Positions 47,157-55,571 of a stretch of 64,000 nucleotides of DNA are shown here, in pieces. The DNA lies in assembly GCA_943355005.1 (NCBI GenBank), contig CALRDV010000002.1, positions 397-64,396 on the forward strand. The letters are read 5' to 3'. Position 1 is the stretch's first letter. Each line of letters starts with the position of its first letter. Made by a program: the position numbers and the translations under genes. The notes beneath the pieces are model-generated. The model did not search any database. It was not told the DNA's origin and saw nothing but the letters and a program-made list of their open reading frames with translations. The stretch is from Patescibacteria group bacterium. Lineage in GTDB: Bacteria > Patescibacteriota > Microgenomatia > UBA1400 > MFAQ01.

Positions 47157-48374
47157 TTATTTTATCAATTTCAAATACTTCCTCTTCCCGATTCTCACCA
47201 CGTTTTCCCCTGGATTTAATTCCAAGTCGGTAGTACCATCAATTCTTTTTTCATTGAGATAAATGGCTCCCTCCTTAAGAAGTGTTTTGAATTCAGTATT
47301 ACTTGTTACCATTCCATTGGCCATTGCATAAGCAACCAGCGAAGCCTCAGCACCCAAAACCGGCACGGCAAACTCCACCTTAATCACTGGTGCATCTTCA
47401 CCTGCCACTTTATTTACCACTGTTTTCTGAAAATACTCTTCTGCTTGGCTAACTGCTTCTACCCCGTGAAGCTCAGACACAATAATTTTCGCAAGTTCTT
47501 TTTTGAGATTCATGGGGTTCTCTCCTTGAGCCAAACGCTTTTTGGCTTCTTCAATTACTTCAGCCGAAGCATTAGTCCCCATTTCAAAATACACAGCCAA
47601 GACATCATCGCTCGTCGACATTATTTTTCCATATATTTCTTCAGGTGAATCCTCAATCCAGATTGCATTCCCCCAACTCTTACTCATTTTTCTCCCATCG
47701 GTTCCAGGCAAGAATCCATTTGCCATGACAAAAGATTCTTTGTTTCTAAGATTTTTTTGCAGTGTTCTGCCCGCTTGCATATTGAAGGTTTGGTCCGTAC
47801 CACCCAGCTGCAAATCTGTATCCATGATGTAACTATCGTAACCTTGCATCATAGGGTAGAACACTTCTGGGAGAGCAATTCTTTTCCCCTCTGTCCACCT
47901 CTTTTTGATCAGTTCACGGCCAATGAAGTCATTTAGCGAAAAATTTTGAGCAAGTTTTAGAACATCACCAAAATTTAATTTTGAAAGCCACTCACTATTG
48001 TGAACCACTTTCACCGTTTCAAAATCTAAAAACTTCGCTGCTTGCCTTTTGTATGTCTGGAAGTTTTCTTCAATTTGCTCGTCGGTCAAGATTGGTCTTT
48101 CTGCTTCTTTGTCTGAAGTATCTCCCACCTTTGCTGTAAAGTCCCCGATCAAAAAAGTCACATTGTGCCCCATGTCGGCCAAGATTTGGAGTTTTCTTAG
48201 AGGAAAAGCATGTCCCAAATGAATTCTTGTCGCCGTCGGATCGATTCCCAAATAGACATTCAATTTCTTGTCAGAATACAAAACTTTTTCCAGCTCATTT
48301 CGGCTAGGAATTATATTTTCAACCCCTCGGGTCAAAAAACTCTCAATTAATGCTTTCTTCTTATCTTCATCCAT
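47157..48374 (-). CDS. tyrS: Tyrosine--tRNA ligase, likely housekeeping copy
   Basis: GIDPTATRIHLGH, YPMMQGYDS, GGTDQ, KMSKS. Confidence 0.97.
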   Translation of the reverse strand: MDEDKKKALIESFLTRGVENIIPSRNELEKVLYSDKKLNVYLGIDPTATRIHLGHAFPLRKLQILADMGHNVTFLIGDFTAKVGDTSDKEAERPILTDEQIEENFQTYKRQAAKFLDFETVKVVHNSEWLSKLNFGDVLKLAQNFSLNDFIGRELIKKRWTEGKRIALPEVFYPMMQGYDSYIMDTDLQLGGTDQTFNMQAGRTLQKNLRNKESFVMANGFLPGTDGRKMSKSWGNAIWIEDSPEEIYGKIMSTSDDVLAVYFEMGTNASAEVIEEAKKRLAQGENPMNLKKELAKIIVSELHGVEAVSQAEEYFQKTVVNKVAGEDAPVIKVEFAVPVLGAEASLVAYAMANGMVTSNTEFKTLLKEGAIYLNEKRIDGTTDLELNPGENVVRIGKRKYLKLIK

Positions 48375-48391
48375 ATCAATATTCTATCATC

Positions 48392-48420
48392 GTCATTACG
48401 AAGTAATCCGTGGCAATCCA
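48392..48420 (+). repeat. Degenerate palindromic element
   Basis: gtcattacgaagtaatccgtggcaatcca. Confidence 0.7.
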
Positions 48421-48430
48421 GGTTTTGTAA

Positions 48431-49696
48431 TTAAATAATTCTGTTATTAACCTCATTAATAACTTTCTCGGCAAACCCCTCGAGTGTCATGACACCCAAA
48501 TCTTTTTGACCTCTTTGTCTCACCGATACTTGACCACTTTCGGCTTCTTTTTCACCGATGATTAGCATGTAAGGCACTTTCGACGCCTCAGCATTTCTAA
48601 TCTTCTTCCCTAGAGAATCAGCGTCCATGTTCAATTCCACCCTTATCCCCTTAGATTTAAGTTCTTTTACTATTTTTTGCGAATACTCCATCGTTTTTTC
48701 CGAAATAGGCAACACAGCCACTTGGAAAGGTGATAGCCACACCGGAAGCGCCCCATTAAAGTGCTCGAGTAGAAAGGCTGCAATCCTTTCAACTGCACCA
48801 ATGCTGGACCTGTGAATCACTAAAGGCAATTTTTCTTCTCCATCCTTATCCACATATTTCAGATCAAATCTCGTCGGCATGACGAAGTCATACTGAACTG
48901 TAAAGGCCGTTTCTTCTGCTCCATTAATTTTCTTCATCTGGATATCTATCTTGGGACCATAGAAAGCCGCTTCCCCTTCTGCTTCCACAAAAGCACTCTT
49001 TCTTTCATTCAAGACTTCACGCAAGATTCCCTCTGATTTATCCCAGGATTTATCATCATCAAAATATTTTTTCTTGTCATTTCTATCTCCCAAAGACAGT
49101 CTATAAGAATAATCCTCACCCATCTTAAGTCCAAATATTCCAGCCATGTACTCAATCAGTTCCAGTGCGTGAGCAATTTCCGATTTTGCCTGGACTTCAT
49201 CAGCACAGATAATATGTGCGTCTGCCAAACAAAAACTTCTTACTCGAGTAAGTCCTGTAAGCACTCCGGAAAGTTCATAACGATATAGTTTCGCCATCTC
49301 AGCAATTCGCATAGGCAGTTCGCGGTAGCTTCTTGGTTTAGACAGATAAAGTTCAAAGTGATGAGGGCAAGTCATAGGACGAAGCATAAATTCTTCATCA
49401 TCCACTTGTATCGGCGCATACATTGTCTCTTTGTAATAAGGATAATGTCCAGATTTCTTATATAAATCCAGTTTGGCAATATCAGGCGTATACACATGTT
49501 GGTAGCCCCACTCGATTTCCGTATCCACGACAAACCTCTCCAGTTCACGTCGGAAAGTGGCACCTTTAGCCGTCCAAAGTGGCAAACCTTTCCCCACCGT
49601 CTCTGAGAAAGTAAACAAATCCAGTTCCCGACCAATTACCCTATGATCTCTTGGATCTAGATTTTCTTCAACAATGTTTTTATTTTTATCTTCCAT
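48431..49696 (-). CDS. thrS: Threonine--tRNA ligase lacking the N-terminal TGS/editing domains
   Basis: Starts close to RDHR; LRPMTCPHH, RSYRELP, AFYGPKID, VIHR. Confidence 0.97.
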   Translation of the reverse strand: MEDKNKNIVEENLDPRDHRVIGRELDLFTFSETVGKGLPLWTAKGATFRRELERFVVDTEIEWGYQHVYTPDIAKLDLYKKSGHYPYYKETMYAPIQVDDEEFMLRPMTCPHHFELYLSKPRSYRELPMRIAEMAKLYRYELSGVLTGLTRVRSFCLADAHIICADEVQAKSEIAHALELIEYMAGIFGLKMGEDYSYRLSLGDRNDKKKYFDDDKSWDKSEGILREVLNERKSAFVEAEGEAAFYGPKIDIQMKKINGAEETAFTVQYDFVMPTRFDLKYVDKDGEEKLPLVIHRSSIGAVERIAAFLLEHFNGALPVWLSPFQVAVLPISEKTMEYSQKIVKELKSKGIRVELNMDADSLGKKIRNAEASKVPYMLIIGEKEAESGQVSVRQRGQKDLGVMTLEGFAEKVINEVNNRII

Positions 49697-49733
49697 TTTT
49701 CTTTATATTTTAATAAAAATTTAAATCGTGATA

Positions 49734-49818
49734 GGTGCAGAAGACTAGCCAAAATCGAGCGCAGGGATGCCCCCGTACTCGGAGCGAGCCGAGCACTGAT
49801 TTTGACGGGCTTCGAACC
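49734..49818 (+). repeat. Shorter variant of the GGTGCAGAAGA...TTCGAACC element, inside the thrS leader
   Basis: ggtgcagaagactagccaaaatc...gattttgacgggcttcgaacc. Confidence 0.85.
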
Positions 49819-49835
49819 AAACGATTTTAATTTGC

Positions 49836-49973
49836 AAAACAAAAAACTACCTTAACATTTGCAGGACCCCGCCTCGTTGGCGGGGGGTTCCATCCTGCTT
49901 GCTGGTAGCCGACTTAATTAGAGCTCTGGCGCTCATTTCCTGTTCCTCCGGGTTGGTAGCCCATCACCGAAAC
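49836..49973 (-). ncRNA. T-box riboswitch with ultrashort Stem I, Thr specifier ACC
   Basis: GUUUC-GGU-GA-UGGG-[CUACCAA]-CCCG-GA-GGAAC; antiterminator GCAGGA-UGGAACC-CCCCGCC/GGCGGGG-UCCUGC; competing terminator is weak. Confidence 0.8.
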
Positions 49974-50002
49974 AATTTACTTCTAATTCTATTCTACCAC
50001 TA

Positions 50003-51478
50003 TCAGTCTTTTTTCACCCTTAATGGCGGGAATAGAACACCTTCTCTACCCGAGATATCTTCCAGGAACCAGAAAAGCCTTTCTGAGTGGCCCCAGCCGG
50101 ATGTCGGTGGCATACCGTACTCCAACATTTCCACAAAGTCGGCATCGAGCATCTGTGCCTCTTCATCCCCGGCTTCTCTGTGCCCTTGCTGTTCTTCAAA
50201 TCTTTGCTTCTGATCTTCAGGGTCATTCAGCTCCGTGTACCCATTCCCCAGTTCACTACCGGCGATAATCACATGGAATCTTTCTGTTAGCTCCGCACTC
50301 TCAGGTTTACTTTTGGCAAGCGGAGACATAAACTTCGGCTCATTAATTAGATATGCTGGACCTGCAATTGTTTTTCTGATTACTTTCCAGCAGTTATCAA
50401 TCAGTCTACTTCTATTAATCGCCCCTGTCAGCGCTACTCCGTGTTTCTTGACCACAGCTAGCATTTCGGCTTCGGTGGACTTAAAGATATCAATTCCTAG
50501 TTTCTCTTTGATAATTTCCACATAATCAATCTCCTTCCAATCATCTGCCAAGTCGTACTCCATCCCTCGGCTTACAAATTTAGTTTTTCCGTAAACTTCT
50601 AGAGCAATATACCTGTAAAGCTCTTTTACCAGCTCCATATTGTCTCGATAATCTGCATACGCCCAATACCATTCACACTGGTAGTATTCAGGCAAATGCT
50701 CATCATCCATTCCCTCATTCCGAAAATTAGGACCAATCGTATAAATTTTCTCAAAACCTGCTCCAATTAGTCTCTTCTGATAGAGTTCGGTGGATATTCT
50801 CAAGAAAAAGTCCTGGTCAATCGCATTCATATGAGTCACAAATGGTTTGGCATCAGCTCCTCCGGTCACACTTTCCAATACCGGTGTTTCCATTTCAATA
50901 AACCCTTTATCTTTCAGATATTTTCTAGTCACTTCCCAAAACTTTGACTTTCTTTCAAAACGTCTCATCTTCTCCTGATCCATCAGAAGATCCAGATATC
51001 TTTTCCTAAAGGCTTCGTCTGGATCCACAATCCCAGCCCATTTATCAGGCAAGGGTAATCTTGCTTTTGTCAGTATTTTAATTTCTTTTACTTGTAGAGA
51101 GACCTCACCTGTTCTCGTTTTTACGACAACTCCTTTCGCTTGAATAATGTCACCAATATCCAAAAGTTCCAGGTCTTCAAATCCGAGAATCTGTTTTTCA
51201 TTATCAGTCGGACCCATCATGTCTTCCCGGATAAACAGCTGGATTCTCCCAGTCTGGTCTTGAATCTGACCAAAAATCAACTTTCCATGTTCCCTCCAAG
51301 CCATGATTCTTCCGGCAAGAACCATTTCTTTGCTTTCATACTTCTCGAAGTTATTTACGACCTCTTTGTTTTCGGCCTCTTTTTGAGACCTTGCAGGATA
51401 CAAATCAATACCCATGAGTTTCAGGGTATCTATCTTCTTTTCTCTTTCCTTTAGAATTTCTTCCAGTCTGCTTGCCAT
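50003..51478 (-). CDS. lysS: Lysine--tRNA ligase, class II
   Basis: GGADAKPFVTH, LRISTEL, FRNEG, ELGNGYTELNDP, YGMPPT. Confidence 0.98.
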   Translation of the reverse strand: MASRLEEILKEREKKIDTLKLMGIDLYPARSQKEAENKEVVNNFEKYESKEMVLAGRIMAWREHGKLIFGQIQDQTGRIQLFIREDMMGPTDNEKQILGFEDLELLDIGDIIQAKGVVVKTRTGEVSLQVKEIKILTKARLPLPDKWAGIVDPDEAFRKRYLDLLMDQEKMRRFERKSKFWEVTRKYLKDKGFIEMETPVLESVTGGADAKPFVTHMNAIDQDFFLRISTELYQKRLIGAGFEKIYTIGPNFRNEGMDDEHLPEYYQCEWYWAYADYRDNMELVKELYRYIALEVYGKTKFVSRGMEYDLADDWKEIDYVEIIKEKLGIDIFKSTEAEMLAVVKKHGVALTGAINRSRLIDNCWKVIRKTIAGPAYLINEPKFMSPLAKSKPESAELTERFHVIIAGSELGNGYTELNDPEDQKQRFEEQQGHREAGDEEAQMLDADFVEMLEYGMPPTSGWGHSERLFWFLEDISGREGVLFPPLRVKKD

Positions 51479-51548
51479 AGCCTTAATTTTAACATCACAT
51501 ATGCTAAACTCTAATCTAAATACTCTTTAACAACACACTGGAGGCTCA

Positions 51549-51959
51549 ATGGAACTTTCCACGATAGATGACAAGCTACTGCTCTACTTTAGTCAATTTG
51601 ACCACGGATTACTTAGCGATCCAAAGAATAATCCATTTATAAGAGTTACTTTGTACAATCTTTCCCCAATCAACCCTCACGGAAATAGTTTTTTCCGATA
51701 TGTTACCAAGCCGGGAATTCCCGCCGAACACACCGAGCTTTCGACCACGAACATGGCTGCTTCTCTAACTCTCGAGTCACTCTACCTCATGCAAAAGCCC
51801 GCAAAAGTTAGACCAATCAAAGAAAATGTTGGTACTTGTCGAGGTATAGCCATAGGAAAGAATCAGGTAATTATCATTACAGTCATCTCAAACCCTGATG
51901 ATTCTCAGTTCTTGTGCCAGACAATCATCAAAGAAATTCAAACTTTATCCGGACAATAA
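51549..51959 (+). CDS. Hypothetical protein
   Basis: ORF track; SD GGAGG; terminator at 51968-51992. Confidence 0.6.
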   Translation: MELSTIDDKLLLYFSQFDHGLLSDPKNNPFIRVTLYNLSPINPHGNSFFRYVTKPGIPAEHTELSTTNMAASLTLESLYLMQKPAKVRPIKENVGTCRGIAIGKNQVIIITVISNPDDSQFLCQTIIKEIQTLSGQ

Positions 51960-51990
51960 CCCAAACCAACCCCGGTATCACCGGGGTTTT

Positions 51991-53703
51991 TTACATCTTA
52001 TCCACCGTCTCAATTCCCAGAAGTTCCAATCCACTTTTAATCGCAAGCCCGGTAACCACTACCAGTAGCAGTCTCATATTTTCTTCCGGTACCCCAATCA
52101 CCCTATTTCTGTCATAAAATCCATTAAACTTTTGAGCCAGTTCAAACAAAGTTTGGCAAACTAGATGTGGAGCATAATTCTTGGCCGCCGACTCCACCAT
52201 CTCACCTTCGCCAATTCTTAGCACCAGCCATCTGGCTAATTTTTTTTCATCTTCATTCAACATTACTTCGCCATCTCGACCGTAGTGGAGAGATCTCACA
52301 CCATCAATGCCCGCCTTTTCCAGAACCCCCTTTGTTCTAACGTAGACATACTGTAAATACGGCCCACTATTCCCTTCCATACTCAGGGCCTCTTCCCATC
52401 TAAAAACATAGTCCGATTCCGGCGATCTTCTTAATTCGTTATACTTCACCGCTCCCAGCCCAATTTTCTCCGAAATTTCTTCCGATACCCTTTCCTTGGC
52501 AATTGCTCTAGCCTCTTCACCGGCTCTATCGAGAAGTTCTTCAAGCTTTACGGTTCTGCCTTTTCTGGTGCTCATTTTTCCTTCAGGCAATGTCATCATT
52601 CCGTGCGCTACGTGCTTATATTGCACATCACCTGCTTCATTCCAAAGCTTTTTTACAATATCGAATACTTGTCGAAAGTGTAAGGTTTGTTCCGCACCCA
52701 CTTCGTATATATACAAGTCGGACTTAAGCTCAGAATCATCCAGTCTTTTTCTTATGGTTGCCAGATCCCGTGTAATGTAAGTTGTTGTCCCGTTACTTTT
52801 TTGTATCATTGCGGGCGGCATATACTCTTTTCCGTCTTTTTCAAACTTCACAATTATTGCTCCTCCTTCACCCGGTTCGGCCACACCGGACTCCACAGCA
52901 TCTTTTATTATCTCCGGCATCATGTGCTCATAAGAGCTTTCACCGTACTGGTGATCGAACTTCACCCCTAGTTTTTTATAAATCACTTCGAATTCTTTCA
53001 TAGAAACATCAATACATTGTTTCCATATCTTTCTGGCAGATTCATCTCCCTTTTCCAGTCGCGCAAAAGCTTCTCTCGCCTTATCTTTTAGCTCCGGATC
53101 TTCTTCTATTTTCTTATTAAAATCGACATAGAGCGTTTCCAGATCAGACACCAACATGCTTGACACATCCAAAGAATAATCTTCTACGGCGGCAATGATC
53201 ATCCCAAACTGTGTTCCCCAATCCCCCAAGTGGTTGTCGTTGGTCACCTCTGCTCCACAGTGCCTGTAAAGATTCATTAGCGCCTGACCAATAATCGTAG
53301 ACCTTAGGTGTCCTACCGAAAATCTTTTGGCTATATTCGGTGACGAATAGTCCACCAGCACCCGTTTGCCACTCATAAATTCACTATCGGCACAGTGCCC
53401 ATCTTTCTGAAGCATTTCATTTAATCCTTCAATTAACACCTCATCCTTAATCCAAAAATTAATAAATCCCGGACCAGCTACCTCTATTTTTTCAACCACC
53501 TCCATCAACCTTTCATTCTTGTTTATTTTTTCGACTACCTCGTTTGCTAACTCTCTCGGATTCTTTCCCAAAGTTTTAGCCATCACCATAGCAATATTCG
53601 TGGCATAATCTCCCATTTTTTCGTCACCCGGATGATCCACCGAAAAATTATGCCCTTCAAAAATTTCCTTAATCGCTTTTTGTATTGTTTCTTTTATCTT
53701 CAT
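51991..53703 (-). CDS. argS: Arginine--tRNA ligase
   Basis: AGPGFINF, DYSSPNIAK, VGHLRS, HLGDWGTQFG, KMSTRKG, GPYLQY. Confidence 0.98.
   Translation of the reverse strand: MKIKETIQKAIKEIFEGHNFSVDHPGDEKMGDYATNIAMVMAKTLGKNPRELANEVVEKINKNERLMEVVEKIEVAGPGFINFWIKDEVLIEGLNEMLQKDGHCADSEFMSGKRVLVDYSSPNIAKRFSVGHLRSTIIGQALMNLYRHCGAEVTNDNHLGDWGTQFGMIIAAVEDYSLDVSSMLVSDLETLYVDFNKKIEEDPELKDKAREAFARLEKGDESARKIWKQCIDVSMKEFEVIYKKLGVKFDHQYGESSYEHMMPEIIKDAVESGVAEPGEGGAIIVKFEKDGKEYMPPAMIQKSNGTTTYITRDLATIRKRLDDSELKSDLYIYEVGAEQTLHFRQVFDIVKKLWNEAGDVQYKHVAHGMMTLPEGKMSTRKGRTVKLEELLDRAGEEARAIAKERVSEEISEKIGLGAVKYNELRRSPESDYVFRWEEALSMEGNSGPYLQYVYVRTKGVLEKAGIDGVRSLHYGRDGEVMLNEDEKKLARWLVLRIGEGEMVESAAKNYAPHLVCQTLFELAQKFNGFYDRNRVIGVPEENMRLLLVVVTGLAIKSGLELLGIETVDKM
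52270..52297 (+). repeat. Variant palindromic element in frame in argS (RSLHYGRDG)
   Basis: gccatctcgaccgtagtggagagatctc, same G(T/C)CAT...ATC architecture as the other copies. Confidence 0.65.
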
Positions 53704-53728
53704 ATTCGTTATTTTTCACTCACCATTC

Positions 53729-53768
53729 GTCATTGCGAGTTTCGGTATTCCGAACCGTGGCAATCCAG
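53729..53768 (+). repeat. Palindromic element between the argS T-box terminator and the argS start
   Basis: gtcattgcgagtttcggtattccgaaccgtggcaatccag. Confidence 0.9.
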
Positions 53769-53770
53769 GC

Positions 53771-53926
53771 AAATAATAAACCCCTCACCCAAATCAAGAC
53801 AATTAATCTTAACTCAAGTCAGGGGTCTTTCGACGGTACCACCCAGTCTTTAACTCTTTGTGCTATTACGGGCTACCCCGGCGGCATTTCCTCCGCAAGC
53901 TCAGAGACGCGACTCTCTTCACAGCT
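53771..53926 (-). ncRNA. Transcriptional T-box riboswitch with ultrashort Stem I, Arg specifier CGC
   Basis: AGC-UGU-GA-AGAGA-[GUCGCG]-UCUCU-GA-GCU; antiterminator GGG-UGGUACC-GUC-GAAA-GAC-CCC; overlapping terminator ACCCCU...AGGGGU-UUAUUAUUU. Confidence 0.88.
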
Positions 53927-53983
53927 AGGTATATTTTACACCACAAAAAATCCCCCATTTCTGAGGGATTAAATATCCATTTA

Positions 53984-54247
53984 CTATTTATCTTCTGGAG
54001 CAGGAATACCACCCGGAAGTGGCAATTCAAGGACACCTCTCCCTAATGCTTGAAATATTTCTTCTTTGGTCGTATAACCTTCAATCGCATTAATCAGGTC
54101 TAAAGCAACATAAAACGGAGCCTTTTCAAGATTTTGCCGACTCAAAAAGTCTAAAGATAGACCTGCCGCATGAAGAAAGGAATATCTCTCGGATACACTT
54201 CGCATCATGTGTCTAGTTAACCAATTTTTCAACAGCCTCTTGTCCAT
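53984..54247 (-). CDS. Small helical hypothetical protein, tandem paralogue
   Basis: MDK.L...HMMRS.SERY..L shared with the neighbouring gene; SD GGAGG. Confidence 0.7.
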   Translation of the reverse strand: MDKRLLKNWLTRHMMRSVSERYSFLHAAGLSLDFLSRQNLEKAPFYVALDLINAIEGYTTKEEIFQALGRGVLELPLPGGIPAPEDK

Positions 54248-54262
54248 TTTTCCTCCAAAAAC

Positions 54263-54568
54263 TCAGTTTAAGGGCAAAACAATTCCCTCAGGTAAAGGCT
54301 CGACTTTAAGAGCTTCAAAGACCACAGAACCCGCCTCTTTTCCCATCCAATCAATGATGCCATTTTGGGGACCACAAAGCTGCGAAGCAATTAACCGAGG
54401 TGAAGCATCCAAATTAAATTGCGCCAGATATCTATACTCAACTCCAACCTTCAAAAGCAACGCATATCTTTCGGATGTACTTCTCATCATGTGAGCTATC
54501 ACCAACTTCTCCAAATCTTTATCCATCATACCTCCAATCAATTTTTCAGGTTCAGATTGGAATATCAT
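54263..54568 (-). CDS. Small helical hypothetical protein, tandem paralogue
   Basis: HMMRSTSERYALL; true start probably MDKDL after GGAGG. Confidence 0.7.
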   Translation of the reverse strand: MIFQSEPEKLIGGMMDKDLEKLVIAHMMRSTSERYALLLKVGVEYRYLAQFNLDASPRLIASQLCGPQNGIIDWMGKEAGSVVFEALKVEPLPEGIVLPLN

Positions 54569-54599
54569 ATCATTATAGGTTCAACACTACAAGATGAAG

Positions 54600-55571
54600 T
54601 TACCACCCCGAGACTTTTCCGGTTAGGAATTTCTCTGCGTCTAGGGCAGCTTGACAGCCCATACCAGCTGCAGTAATTGCTTGCTTATACTTAAAGTCAA
54701 CCACATCTCCACAGCCAAAAACTCCTTGGACTGAAGTCATTGTTGGATACCCTTCAAGCCAAACCAAATCATTTCCACAAGTAATTCCTGTCTTCAAAAA
54801 TCCCTTTTCATCCAGTTCCACTTGACCTCTAAACAAATCGGTCGCCGGAAAATGTCCAATAGCCAAGAACAATCCCTCAGTCGGCATTTCTACCAACTCA
54901 TTTGTTAATAGGTTTTTAATTTTTACCCCTTCAAGTTTTTTTACCCCTTTTACTTCCACAACTTCACTATTCCAAATAATTTTAATCTTCTGGTTTATCA
55001 GCACCCGATCTTGCATTATTTTGCTGGCTTTAAGCTCAGCCCGTCTGTGGACTAGATGTATTTCTTTTGCATATTTTGTCAAAGCAAGAGCGTCTTCCAT
55101 GGCGGCATCCCCTCCACCAACTACCACTGTCACTTTATCCTTGAAGAAAGCCGCATCACAAACAGCACAAGTACTTACTCCACGCCCCATCAATTTCTCT
55201 TCACCTAAACCCAACATCTTAGATGATGCTCCTGTAGAAATTATCACCGCTTTTGCGTGGATTTCATTCTCCCCAACCCAAACTTTTTTTACCTCCCCTG
55301 TCAGCTCAACTTTAGTCACATCTTCATAACGGACTTCGGCACCAAACTTCTTAGCCTGCGCTTCCATGCTTTGCATCAAGTCGGGCCCCAAAACACCATC
55401 CACAAATCCCGGGAAATTTTCCACAGCTGTCGTATTCATCAGTTGCCCTCCGGCTTTAATTCCGGCCAACACCAAGACAGTCAAAGTTGCCCTGGATAAA
55501 TACAAAGCCGAAGTGTATCCGCTCGGCCCACCCCCAATAATTACAGCGTCCCACAGTTTGTCTTCAACCAT
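54600..55571 (-). CDS. trxB: Thioredoxin reductase
   Basis: GGGPSG, VENFPGF, CAVCD, GGGDAAMEDA, KQAITAAGMGC. Confidence 0.97.
   Translation of the reverse strand: MVEDKLWDAVIIGGGPSGYTSALYLSRATLTVLVLAGIKAGGQLMNTTAVENFPGFVDGVLGPDLMQSMEAQAKKFGAEVRYEDVTKVELTGEVKKVWVGENEIHAKAVIISTGASSKMLGLGEEKLMGRGVSTCAVCDAAFFKDKVTVVVGGGDAAMEDALALTKYAKEIHLVHRRAELKASKIMQDRVLINQKIKIIWNSEVVEVKGVKKLEGVKIKNLLTNELVEMPTEGLFLAIGHFPATDLFRGQVELDEKGFLKTGITCGNDLVWLEGYPTMTSVQGVFGCGDVVDFKYKQAITAAGMGCQAALDAEKFLTGKVSGW

Noticed and set aside
49861-49973. SRP RNA or a simple terminator
   Set aside because: No SRP helix-8 consensus. The hairpin has the 7-nt UGGNACC bulge and no adjacent U-tract, which fits a T-box antiterminator.
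22086-51478. T-boxes upstream of leuS, aspS, glyS, tyrS-1 and lysS
   Set aside because: No UGGNACC antiterminator was found. These starts are leaderless-type or closely follow the upstream gene.
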